This document shows positions 15,846 to 24,411 of a DNA stretch of 38,458 nt, piece by piece; positions within the stretch are counted from its first letter, which is position 1; every line of letters begins with the position of its first letter. Source of the stretch: an uncultured bacterium. GTDB lineage: Bacteria > Methylomirabilota > Methylomirabilia > Rokubacteriales > DASRDR01. The notes beneath the pieces were generated by a model, which had not been told where the DNA came from, ran no database searches, and worked only from the letters and a program-made list of their open reading frames with translations. The stretch lies in NCBI GenBank assembly GCA_964509395.1, contig CAZDYT010000001.1, forward strand, positions 1-38,458, written 5' to 3'. The translations under genes and the position numbers were made by a program.

Positions 15846-17170
15846 ATGCTCTGCGACTTCGCTGGGCCGTGGCCAGCGCTTTCATCCTAGCCACGATCGC
15901 GACGCTCCTCGGCGGCACGGTGGGCAGTGGCCTGCTCGGGGGGAGCCTCCTCGATGGCACCTTGAGCGCCGACCCCTGGGGCTGGGCGTCGAATCCGGTC
16001 ATTGCGGCCGACGACGGTGGAACGCTGTATGCGGCGTGGGCGCAGCACCGGCGGCCCGGTATCTGGGAACTTTCCGCGATCTACGTCAAGAAATGGGCGA
16101 ACGGGCAGTGGGAGCAACTCGGCGGCAGGATCGGACACGCCCGGGGCCATGCGGGGGCGGGCGCCACCTGGCCAAGCGCCTACGCGCCCTCCATCGCTCT
16201 CCTCGGCAAGGCACCCTACGTGGCGTGGTACGAGGGTGGAGGGTATGGCTGGGGAACTCTTAGGGGCGTTCATTTCGGCTCCTCCGCCTTTGTGGCCCAC
16301 TGGGATGGCGCGAGGTGGGTCGAGGATCCAAATACCGAACAGTTGAATGGAGCCCTGAATACGGACGTCGGCTTGAAGGAAACCGGGTATATCCCATCCG
16401 CTCGCCGTCCGAAGCTTGCCGTCGTCAGTGGCCGTCTCTATGCGGCGTGGATCGAGACGCGCGTCATGCCCGGCTCCGGTGTGAGCTACAACGTATTGGT
16501 CGTCAAACACTTGCAGGACGGCCGTTGGGTCCAGGACGGGAAAGATCTATGGGAGAGCCGGCAGGTGGGCGATGCGACGATCATCGATCTCGCGATCGCC
16601 GACCTCGGAGGTGAGCCGTGGATCGCCTGGTCGGAGTCCAAGCGCAGGGCAGGGTACCGTCCGGCGGCTGTCCGGGTCGCCAGGCTTTCCCTGGGCGATT
16701 GGGTCACCGTCGGGGATCGTCTCAATGTCTCGCCCCGAGGGTACGCAAACTATCTCGCGATGGCTGGACTTGCCGGCCGTGCCTATGTGGCTTGGCAGGA
16801 GCGCCCGAGTAGCGGGAATAACCGGATTTATGTCAAGCACTGGGACGGGAGCCGGTGGGTGGCTCATGGCGACGCTTTGAACGCGGATCCAGACGCTGGG
16901 GAAGCCGGCCGCGCGGCGCTCGTCGGCGACGAGGGGGGCCTGTGGCTGACGTGGCCCGAGGGCCGTCCCGGACAGCGGGCCAAGCTTTACGTAAGGTCCT
17001 TCGGCAGCACCGGCTGGAGCGCGCCGCTTGCGGTCCCGCTCAGGGATTCGGAAAGTGGCGCGGCGGACACGCCCGCGCTAGCAATAAGCCGCCGGACGCC
17101 ATACGTCATCTGGGCGGAAAAGAGCCCGCCGCCAGCTACCAAGCAGATCTACGTGAGGGCGCTCCCATGA
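15842..17170 (+). CDS. Secreted or anchored repeat protein, predicted 6-7 bladed beta-propeller (hypothetical)
   Basis: TTG 15842 overlaps the upstream TGA. The N-terminus MNALRLRWAVASAFILATIATLLGG is hydrophobic. Seven ~50-60 aa repeats centre on an aromatic-x-x-W motif: LYAAW, PYVAW, LYAAW, PWIAW, AYVAW, LWLTW, PYVIW. Each is followed by a second strand ending in W (YVKKWANGQW, VAHWDGARW, VKHLQDGRW, YVKHWDGSRW). Confidence 0.65.
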   Translation: MNALRLRWAVASAFILATIATLLGGTVGSGLLGGSLLDGTLSADPWGWASNPVIAADDGGTLYAAWAQHRRPGIWELSAIYVKKWANGQWEQLGGRIGHARGHAGAGATWPSAYAPSIALLGKAPYVAWYEGGGYGWGTLRGVHFGSSAFVAHWDGARWVEDPNTEQLNGALNTDVGLKETGYIPSARRPKLAVVSGRLYAAWIETRVMPGSGVSYNVLVVKHLQDGRWVQDGKDLWESRQVGDATIIDLAIADLGGEPWIAWSESKRRAGYRPAAVRVARLSLGDWVTVGDRLNVSPRGYANYLAMAGLAGRAYVAWQERPSSGNNRIYVKHWDGSRWVAHGDALNADPDAGEAGRAALVGDEGGLWLTWPEGRPGQRAKLYVRSFGSTGWSAPLAVPLRDSESGAADTPALAISRRTPYVIWAEKSPPPATKQIYVRALP

Positions 17171-19374
17171 CCGATCGGGCAGCTAGCGCCGCACGTACGC
17201 TCGCCGTCGCCTGTCTGGCCCTTACTTTGTCTGGCACCCAAACGCGACTGGAAGCTCGAGAATTGCCGCCCAATATCTGGGTCAATCTACGGGCCGGAGG
17301 CGTGGCTACGGGTAACGGCATCGGGGACGAAGGCTACAACTCCTTTGTCTACACCCCCGCCCTCAGGAAGGCACTGGTCTTTGGGCAATACCATGCGATT
17401 AGCGTGAGCGATGGGGAGGACCAGAACGCCCTGCTGGCCTACGATTTCGCTCTGAATCGGTGGGAGCTCCTCGAGGTCACCGAGGCCGCTTGGAGCGAGT
17501 TCCTTCCGGGTGTGGGCCATGATCAGGGCAACGTCGCGGTTGACACCTTACACGATCTTTACATCACCAAGGGCAACCAGACGCTGCACGGCAACACCGC
17601 CCACACGACGTACGTATACGATCTCAAGGCGGGACGCGGAAAGCGAATGATGCCACCCGTGGAGCCATACATCGGCGAGTCGGCGGCGAGCGCCTTTGAT
17701 CCGGATCACGATCTCGTCCTGACGACTAAGGGGCCTTCCTGGCTTTACGACCACAATGCCAACGTGTGGACGGAGGTCCCCAACAGTCCCTCGCACCGTA
17801 TGTCTCCGGGACTTGTTTACGACACGAAGCAGCGGGTCTTCGTCATGTTTGGGGGCAGTGACTCGAGCGAAACGTGGAGCTTCGATGCCGGTACGCGGGT
17901 CTGGACGAAGCGAAATCCTCCTGTGTCTCCTCCAGGAAGGACTGCGCCAAACGTGGCCTTCGACAGCGTGAATGGTGTGGCCCTGCTGGTAGGAGGGCAC
18001 GGGAAGGGCGGTGTCGAGCTGTCGGACGTGTGGGTGTACGAGACAGCCCTCAACCGTTGGAGCGAGTTGCCAGTCTCCGCGCCGCCGGGGATCAATCCCG
18101 GGGCCGGCAACAACCTGACGTACGACTCACACCACCAGGTGTTCCTTCTCAAGAGCACCACGGACCTGCGCGACGTTTGGGCATTCAAGTATGTGCCCTC
18201 CCGGGTTGGACAATCGCTTCGGGCCGGCAACGGGACGCTCACCAACGACAGGCCTTGGCCAACACCGCCGCCCGTAATTCTTCCACTTGGCTTTGAATCG
18301 CCGGCAACTGCCGCTTCCCTGCCGATTGGCCCAGTCGACCTCCCGCTCAGAACATGGGTGGCCCGGCGCCTTCCGCCACATGGTAAGGGCCCGCAGGCGG
18401 GGAAGCACATGCGGCTCGCGCACAACCCAGTCAACGGCCGTCTGTATCTCCTCGGCGGCGACTACGCGGGCCTCATCGGCTACGACTCCGGACGCAACGA
18501 GGTCTACTCCTACTCGGTCGCGGATGACACGTGGGTGCTGGAATATCCGTATTGCGGGCCGCCCGGCTCGGTCCAGCCCAGCCATCCTGACGAGGTCGGC
18601 TGGGTGTACGACACTCTACGCCACATTTTCTGGGTGATCCCCGGCTATATGTCGGCGGCTGCGGAGGACCCGTGCCCGCAGAATCTCGTGCTCGATCGCA
18701 TCATGACATTCGATCCGATCACGAAGCAGTGGGCGGTTCCCAATCGCACGATGAGCCATCTTAACGGCGGCGTGAAGTTCGCGGTCTATGATCCCGTGAC
18801 GGACGCCATCATCCGGTTCATCGGGAGCGGCATCCAACACTACGCCATCGCGAGCAACAGGGAGTCAGTGTACCTGTACGACAACGTCCTCCAAGAGGCC
18901 AGACTCACGGAGGAGTACGGCGCGATCGATCCCGTCGGGAGGGTGATCTACGTCATCGAGCCGGTGCAGGGCCGGCTCTATCGCTACTGGATCGACCAGC
19001 GCCGGCTGGAGTTCGTCGTCAACACTCCGGTGAGCAACCCGGTCCCGCCCGGCGGCGCCGATGACTACTGGCCATGGAACAGCGCCATGCCCATCTGGGA
19101 TTCGATCAACGGGGTCCTTCTCTGGCCCCGGATTCGGGATTTCTCGACCGCGAACATCACCCTCTACATCTACCACCCGGATACGGGACAGTGGGAAAAG
19201 GACGCGATGGTGCAGCCGAACGGGCTGCCCGTCCGGGGGAACACGGCCGTCTTCGACCCGGATCAGAACGTCTTGATGGTGTTGGGTGGGACGTACCCAA
19301 GGAACGAGTATCTGTTTCTGTACCGCTACGGAGCCGGCCCGGCAAGGTCCCGGACTGGCGCCGCACGGCCTTAG
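17167..19374 (+). CDS. Secreted Kelch-repeat protein with two predicted propeller domains
   Basis: ATGA overlap at 17167. Signal-like N-terminus MTDRAASAARTLAVACLALTLSG. Kelch-like blades are visible in VFVMFGGSDS..TWSFD, ALLVGGHGKGGVELSDVWVYE..NRWSEL, LYLLGGDYAG and VLMVLGGTYP. A Pro-rich linker (PWPTPPPVILPLGF) separates the two halves. The 5' part of track ORF 16855..19374 is alternative-frame overlap. Confidence 0.75.
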   Translation: MTDRAASAARTLAVACLALTLSGTQTRLEARELPPNIWVNLRAGGVATGNGIGDEGYNSFVYTPALRKALVFGQYHAISVSDGEDQNALLAYDFALNRWELLEVTEAAWSEFLPGVGHDQGNVAVDTLHDLYITKGNQTLHGNTAHTTYVYDLKAGRGKRMMPPVEPYIGESAASAFDPDHDLVLTTKGPSWLYDHNANVWTEVPNSPSHRMSPGLVYDTKQRVFVMFGGSDSSETWSFDAGTRVWTKRNPPVSPPGRTAPNVAFDSVNGVALLVGGHGKGGVELSDVWVYETALNRWSELPVSAPPGINPGAGNNLTYDSHHQVFLLKSTTDLRDVWAFKYVPSRVGQSLRAGNGTLTNDRPWPTPPPVILPLGFESPATAASLPIGPVDLPLRTWVARRLPPHGKGPQAGKHMRLAHNPVNGRLYLLGGDYAGLIGYDSGRNEVYSYSVADDTWVLEYPYCGPPGSVQPSHPDEVGWVYDTLRHIFWVIPGYMSAAAEDPCPQNLVLDRIMTFDPITKQWAVPNRTMSHLNGGVKFAVYDPVTDAIIRFIGSGIQHYAIASNRESVYLYDNVLQEARLTEEYGAIDPVGRVIYVIEPVQGRLYRYWIDQRRLEFVVNTPVSNPVPPGGADDYWPWNSAMPIWDSINGVLLWPRIRDFSTANITLYIYHPDTGQWEKDAMVQPNGLPVRGNTAVFDPDQNVLMVLGGTYPRNEYLFLYRYGAGPARSRTGAARP

Positions 19375-19383
19375 GGAGGCGGG

Positions 19384-20697
19384 ATGCGCGATTTTCTGGT
19401 CACGGGCGTCATTTTCGCTCTGCTGCCGGCCTGCTTCTTTTCGCCATGGATCGGCGTGCTGGTATGGTCGTGGATCGGCTACATGAACCCTCACCGCCTC
19501 ACGTGGAGCTTCGCCTACACCATGCCGTTCGCCCAAATGGTGGCCATCGCTACGCTGAGTGGACTGCTCTTCACGAAGGACCGGATGCCGCTGCCGAGGA
19601 GGCGGGAAGTCTACCTGCTCTTGGCGCTCTGGGGTGTGTTCCTCGCCTCGACGTTCAACGCGCTTCATCCGGATCCCGCGTGGGAGCAGCTGACCAAGGT
19701 GTCGAAGATCTTGCTCATGACCTTCGTGACGCTTCTGCTCTTCCAGGATCGGCGGAAGCTGCGTGTCCTATTCTACGTGATCGCGCTGTCGATCGGGTTC
19801 TTTGGGCTCAAGGGCGGAATTTGGGCCGTAGCCACGGGCGGTGCCAATAGCGTCCTTGGACCGCCAGACTCGTTCATCGAGGGCAATACGGACCTGGGTC
19901 TGGCGCTCAACATGGTGTTGCCTATCCTGCTGCTCCTGAGTCGGGACGAAAGGCGCCCGTGGCTCCGATATCTCCTCCGGGCCACGTTCGGGTTCTCGAT
20001 CATCGCGGTCCTCTTCACGTACTCACGGGGCGCGGTCCTGGGACTGGCGGTCGTCCTGCCCCTCATGCTTCTCAAGAGCCGGATAAGGCTCGCGATTATT
20101 CCGTTGGCGCTCGTTGCGGCGCTGTTCGGAAAACCGCTGATCGAGTCGGTGATGCCGGCACCATGGCTCGAGCGCATGGGAACGATCGGGACTCCCGAGG
20201 AAGACGCGTCTGCTAGCATGCGCCTCAACGCCTGGAGGGTCGCGTATCTACTCGCATGGGACCACCCGTTTCTCGGAGCGGGATTCAGGCCCTTCTCACC
20301 AGAGGTTTATTCGAGGTACTCGCCGGACGAACGGTGGAACGACAATCAGGACGCGCACAGCATCTATCTGCAGGTCCTGGCGGAACATGGTTTCACCGGC
20401 TTGGCCCTCTACGGCGGCCTGATTCTGTCTACGCTGCTGAGCCTGAGACACATAGTGCGGAGGTCACGGCGAGACCCGGGGGGGGGGAGGTGGTTGGGCG
20501 ATGCAGCCCGAGCGCTGGAGGTGAGCCTAGCGGGGTTCTTGGTGAGTGGTACGTTTCTGAGCATTTCGTACTTCGATCTCTTCTTCCATGTCGTCGCCAT
20601 GACGACGATCTTGCGGCTTCTCCTTGACCAGCAGACGGCAGAGTCCAGCCGGGGCACTGTTCCGGCGGCCATCAGGCAGGACCTCGTGAGGCGTTGA
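19384..20697 (+). CDS. O-antigen ligase/polymerase-like (Wzy_C) polytopic membrane protein, exosortase-A-system-associated type
   Basis: N-terminus MRDFLVTGVIFALLPACFFSPWIGVLVWSWIGYMNPHRLTW matches my recollection of the exosortase-A-associated putative O-glycosylation ligase family. It has 10 or more hydrophobic segments and the Wzy_C-like FTYSRGAVLGLAVV. GGGAGG lies upstream of the ATG. Confidence 0.85.
   Translation: MRDFLVTGVIFALLPACFFSPWIGVLVWSWIGYMNPHRLTWSFAYTMPFAQMVAIATLSGLLFTKDRMPLPRRREVYLLLALWGVFLASTFNALHPDPAWEQLTKVSKILLMTFVTLLLFQDRRKLRVLFYVIALSIGFFGLKGGIWAVATGGANSVLGPPDSFIEGNTDLGLALNMVLPILLLLSRDERRPWLRYLLRATFGFSIIAVLFTYSRGAVLGLAVVLPLMLLKSRIRLAIIPLALVAALFGKPLIESVMPAPWLERMGTIGTPEEDASASMRLNAWRVAYLLAWDHPFLGAGFRPFSPEVYSRYSPDERWNDNQDAHSIYLQVLAEHGFTGLALYGGLILSTLLSLRHIVRRSRRDPGGGRWLGDAARALEVSLAGFLVSGTFLSISYFDLFFHVVAMTTILRLLLDQQTAESSRGTVPAAIRQDLVRR
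20478..20487 (+). repeat. G10 homopolymer inside the ligase-like CDS
   Basis: The sequence reads gagaCCCGGGGGGGGGGagg, encoding P-G-G-G-R. It is the longest mononucleotide run I noticed in the window. Confidence 0.9.
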
Positions 20698-20700
20698 ACG

Positions 20701-22572
20701 ATGTGTGGGATCGCGGGTGTCCTCAGGCAGGACGGAAAGCCCGTAGGGGAGCAGCTCCTGCGGGCGATGACCTCAATCCTCGCTCACCGCGGGCCGGATG
20801 GGGAGGGTTATCTGATTCGGAGGCCTGTCGGGCTGGGCCACCGGCGGCTTGCGATCATCGATCTCGTCAGCGGCCATCAACCCATGGCGAACGAGGACGG
20901 GTCTGTGGCGCTGGTGTTCAACGGAGAGATCTATAACTTCCGCGAGCTGCGCCGGGAACTCGAGGTCCACGGGCATGTCTTCCGGACCACTTCGGACAGC
21001 GAGGTTATTCTGCGCGCGTACGAGGCATACGGGGTGGAGTGTCTCGGCCGGCTCAGGGGCATGTTCGCCTTCGCCATTTGGGACGGACGGCGCCGACGCC
21101 TGTTCCTCGCTCGCGACCGGGTCGGGATCAAGCCGCTCGTCTATGCCTGGGACGGGCGGCGACTCCTCTTCGCCTCCGAGCTCAAAGCGATCCTTCAGGA
21201 TCCGTCGGTGCCGAGAGACCTGGACTGGGAGGCTCTGAGGGACTACCTGACCTTCTCGTACATTCCCAGCCCACGGACGATCTTTCGCGGGATCCGCAAA
21301 CTCGCCCCGGCGTCGTACCTGGTGCTCGATCTGGATCGCGGTGAGCCCGAGGTCCGGCGTTACTGGGACCTCCAGTTCCTCCCGGACGAAACTCGCACAG
21401 AGGCGGAGTGGGTCGAAGGCCTCCGCTGGCGTCTCCAGGACTCGGTCCGAAGCCATCTCGTGAGCGACGTGCCGATCGGTGCCTTTCTGAGCGGGGGAAT
21501 GGATTCGAGCACGGTGGTCGCGCTCATGTCGCAGGAGGTGGGGGAGCCGGTCCGCACGTTCTCGATCGGCTTCGACGAGGCGGATTTCGACGAGCTCCGG
21601 TATGCCAGAGCCGTGGCTCGTCGTTACGGGACCGATCACTATGAGTTTGTGGTGAAACCGGATGCTCTCGAAGCAATGCCGCGCCTCATGTGGCAGTTCG
21701 ACGAGCCCTTCGCCGACAGCTCCGCGGTTCCGACCTATTACGTATCCAAGATCACCCGGGAACATGTGACGGTGGCGCTGTCGGGCGACGGAGGGGACGA
21801 GAACTTCGCTGGCTATGGGCGCTACTTGCAGGCGCTGAGGTGGCACGAGCGCCTGGACCATCCGCTGGGTGCCATAGCACGGCCGCTCTTTCGACTGGCG
21901 GCCAGCCTGCTTGCCCCGGGCGCCCGGGGACGAGGATACCTGGAGCTGTTGGGCTCGGAACCGACCGAGCGCTACTTCCGGATGGTCACGTATCAACGGA
22001 CGGGGACACTCCGCCGGCTTCTCACCCCGGACGCGCAAGCTCACGTCGCACCGATTGTGACTCCGGCGCTGTTTCGCCAACTTGTCCGGGAGGGGCGGGC
22101 CTCCGACTACCTGGCGACGCTCCAGTATCTGGACGTCCGGACCTACCTCCCCGAGGACATCCTCACCAAGATCGATCGGACCAGCATGCTGGTCTCGCTC
22201 GAGACCCGGGTGCCGCTCTTGGATCACCTCCTCATGGAGTACGTGGCGAGAATGCCGAGCCGACTCAAGCTGCGAAACGGCGCTGGCAAGGCAGTGCTCA
22301 AAGGGGTCATGGCGGAGGACCTGCCGAGCGAGATTCTCGGGCGACGCAAGATGGGGTTCGGCGTGCCGATCGGGACGTGGTTTCGGCGAGAGCTGGCCGG
22401 ATACGCTCGCGAGATCCTCGTCGACAGGCGGACCCGCCAGCGAGGGCTCATCAATGCCCACGCCGTGGAGGCCCTGCTGGAGGAACATCGCACCGGCAAG
22501 CGCGAGCGGTCCAGTCAGATCTGGCTCTTGCTCTGTCTTGAGGAGTGGGCTCGTCGGTGGTGGGACCGGTGA
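20701..22572 (+). CDS. Asparagine synthetase (glutamine-hydrolysing) family amidotransferase, exosortase-system-associated type
   Basis: MCGIAGV N-terminus with HRGPDGEG, HRRLAIIDL, NGEIYNF and SDSEVIL. PP-loop AFLSGGMDSSTVVALM is present. Confidence 0.93.
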   Translation: MCGIAGVLRQDGKPVGEQLLRAMTSILAHRGPDGEGYLIRRPVGLGHRRLAIIDLVSGHQPMANEDGSVALVFNGEIYNFRELRRELEVHGHVFRTTSDSEVILRAYEAYGVECLGRLRGMFAFAIWDGRRRRLFLARDRVGIKPLVYAWDGRRLLFASELKAILQDPSVPRDLDWEALRDYLTFSYIPSPRTIFRGIRKLAPASYLVLDLDRGEPEVRRYWDLQFLPDETRTEAEWVEGLRWRLQDSVRSHLVSDVPIGAFLSGGMDSSTVVALMSQEVGEPVRTFSIGFDEADFDELRYARAVARRYGTDHYEFVVKPDALEAMPRLMWQFDEPFADSSAVPTYYVSKITREHVTVALSGDGGDENFAGYGRYLQALRWHERLDHPLGAIARPLFRLAASLLAPGARGRGYLELLGSEPTERYFRMVTYQRTGTLRRLLTPDAQAHVAPIVTPALFRQLVREGRASDYLATLQYLDVRTYLPEDILTKIDRTSMLVSLETRVPLLDHLLMEYVARMPSRLKLRNGAGKAVLKGVMAEDLPSEILGRRKMGFGVPIGTWFRRELAGYAREILVDRRTRQRGLINAHAVEALLEEHRTGKRERSSQIWLLLCLEEWARRWWDR

Positions 22573-23690
22573 GGCGGCTTCACGTCGTGCACGTTCTCCA
22601 CTCGCTCGACGTCGGCGGCACGGAAAACGGCGTTGTGAACCTCATGACTGCCCTCGACGAAGGCTTCAGGCACACCGTCATTGCAATGACCTCGGTGGGA
22701 CGGATGGCGGCGCGCCTCCCTGCGGGTGTGACCACCATCTCCTTGGGCAAGCGGGTCGGGATCGACCTCCATGCACTGACGAGATTGGCTGCGCTTATTC
22801 GGCGCCTGGAGCCCGACATCGTTCACTCGCGCAACTGGGGGGCATTCGACGCGGTGCTCGCGGGCAGGCTGGCTGGGGCCCCCGTCATCGTTCACGGCGA
22901 GCACGGGCGCGAGGCCGGCGACCCGTGGGGTCTGAATGGTTGGCGAAATCGCCTGCGTCGCTGCTCGGCTCCGCTGGTGAACCGGTTCGTCACCGTCTCC
23001 TGCGACCTCCGCCGCTGGCTGGTCGAGACCGTCGGCATCCCGGCGACGAAAGTTGAAACGATCCACAATGGCGTCGACGTGAACCGCTTTTCTGAAGAGG
23101 CTCGCGACGCAGGTCGTCGGGCTCTCGGCTTGCCTCCCGGCGTCACCGTGATCGGCACCGTAGGACGACTCGACCCGGTCAAGGACCAGCTCGGCCTGAT
23201 CGAGGCCTTTACTCGGCTCGACCACCGGGGCCGGACGCTGGCGCTCGTCATCGTTGGTGAAGGTCCCTGCCGGACCAGCCTCGAGACGCGGGCGCAGCAG
23301 CCAGACGTCGCAGGCCGCGTGCATCTCTGCGGGGAGCGATCAGATGTCCCGCTCCTGCTCAAAGGTGTTGACATCTTCGCGCTTCCGTCCATCGCCGAAG
23401 GGATCTCGAACACGGTGCTCGAGGCGATGGCGACCGGCTTGCCCGTCGTCGCCACGCGGACCGGCGGGAATCCGGAGGTGGTGGAGGATGGGGTGACAGG
23501 AACGCTCGTGCCGGTTGGTGACCGGCAGGCACTTGCTCGTGCCTTGGAAGCCTACGTCGCTGACCCCCATCTCATGACGGCGCACGGCAAGGCCGGACGG
23601 CAGCGGGCCACGCAGGAGTTCGGACTCGAACGCATGGCCGGATGCTACCGCCATCTCTACCTGGACCTTGCCAGAGGTAATTTTCGATGA
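22569..23690 (+). CDS. Glycosyltransferase family 4 (PEP-CTERM/EpsH1-system-associated sugar transferase type)
   Basis: VRRLHVVHVLHSLDVGGTENGVVNLM is characteristic as I recall it. GT4 motif GISNTVLEAMATGLPVVATRTGGNPEVV is present. GTG 22569 gives a GTGA overlap with the upstream stop. In-frame alternatives exist back to 22545. Confidence 0.88.
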   Translation: MRRLHVVHVLHSLDVGGTENGVVNLMTALDEGFRHTVIAMTSVGRMAARLPAGVTTISLGKRVGIDLHALTRLAALIRRLEPDIVHSRNWGAFDAVLAGRLAGAPVIVHGEHGREAGDPWGLNGWRNRLRRCSAPLVNRFVTVSCDLRRWLVETVGIPATKVETIHNGVDVNRFSEEARDAGRRALGLPPGVTVIGTVGRLDPVKDQLGLIEAFTRLDHRGRTLALVIVGEGPCRTSLETRAQQPDVAGRVHLCGERSDVPLLLKGVDIFALPSIAEGISNTVLEAMATGLPVVATRTGGNPEVVEDGVTGTLVPVGDRQALARALEAYVADPHLMTAHGKAGRQRATQEFGLERMAGCYRHLYLDLARGNFR

Positions 23691-24409
23691 TGGGGATCCT
23701 GGACCGGCGACAGAAGTGCCGCAAACTGATCCAGCGATACTACCGGGGCCCATCGCGCGAGGAGCTCCTCGATTCGACGGCCGCCGCACTCGCCCGACCC
23801 TCGGACGTCCTTCTGGACGCCGGATGCGGTGCTGACTTCCCGCTCCTCTCGCGCTACGGCCCGAAGGTTGCGTTCGCAGTCGGCGTCGACTTATGCTCTC
23901 CGGCCCCGAACGTGCTCGGGCGCACGAAGGTGATCGTCGGCAACCTCGAATCCCTCCCGATACGGAGTCAGAGCGTCGATCTGATTGTCTCGCGCTCTGT
24001 CGTCGAGCACCTCGATCACCCCGTCGAGACCTTTAAAGAATTCGGCAGGGTGCTCCGCTCCGGTGGACGACTCGTCTTCACGACGCCGAACAAATATTAC
24101 TACTCGTGTCTCGTTGCTCTGCTCACCCCTGGGTGGCTCAAAGACGTGTATTTCCAGAAGGTGTTTGGCGGCGATGCGTACGCTCACTTTCCCGTCCGCT
24201 ATCGCGCGAACACGGCTCGGGCCTCCCGGGACCTTGCTCGCGTCACCGGCTTCGAGCTGACCCGCACCGAGGCTATCGAGCACTACCCGTACTACCTGAT
24301 GTTCTCGCCTGCCCTGTTCCGCCTGGGGATCCTTTACGACGAGATCGTCCGGGCGCTCGGGTTCACTCAGCTTCAGAGCACGTGGCTCGTGGTGATGGAG
24401 AAGAAGTAG
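23687..24409 (+). CDS. Class I SAM-dependent methyltransferase
   Basis: ATGA overlap with the upstream stop. Motif I VLLDAGCGADFPLL, then SVDLIVSRSVVEHLDHP and GGRLVFTTPN. Confidence 0.85.
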   Translation: MMGILDRRQKCRKLIQRYYRGPSREELLDSTAAALARPSDVLLDAGCGADFPLLSRYGPKVAFAVGVDLCSPAPNVLGRTKVIVGNLESLPIRSQSVDLIVSRSVVEHLDHPVETFKEFGRVLRSGGRLVFTTPNKYYYSCLVALLTPGWLKDVYFQKVFGGDAYAHFPVRYRANTARASRDLARVTGFELTRTEAIEHYPYYLMFSPALFRLGILYDEIVRALGFTQLQSTWLVVMEKK

Positions 24410-24411
24410 GG

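Noticed and set aside
17167-17240. Possible lipobox (LAVAC) in the Kelch protein N-terminus.
   Set aside because: The Cys sits only ~5 residues into the hydrophobic core and the -3 position is Ala rather than Leu/Val/Ile. The segment reads better as an ordinary signal peptide or anchor (TLAVACLALTLSG).
20773-22488. Very long minus-strand ORFs: 571 aa here, also 24373..25545, 5913..6740, 12650..13438, 18865..19668, 22515..23324, 27260..28054, 29663..30532 and 34393..35250.
   Set aside because: Each lies entirely antisense to a + strand CDS that has strong family motifs. Their translations are Arg/Pro/Gly/Glu-rich with no recognisable motifs. Stop-poor antisense frames are expected at this GC content.
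24106-24411. N-terminal extensions of track ORFs upstream of the likely true starts (24106, 16855, 15087, 31809, 4523, 757, 2577, 35883).
   Set aside because: The extensions overlap the preceding well-supported CDS in another frame and have junk-like composition. In each case a start codon at or near the upstream stop yields a canonical N-terminus (for example MCGIAG, a signal peptide, or MSRVVLL).
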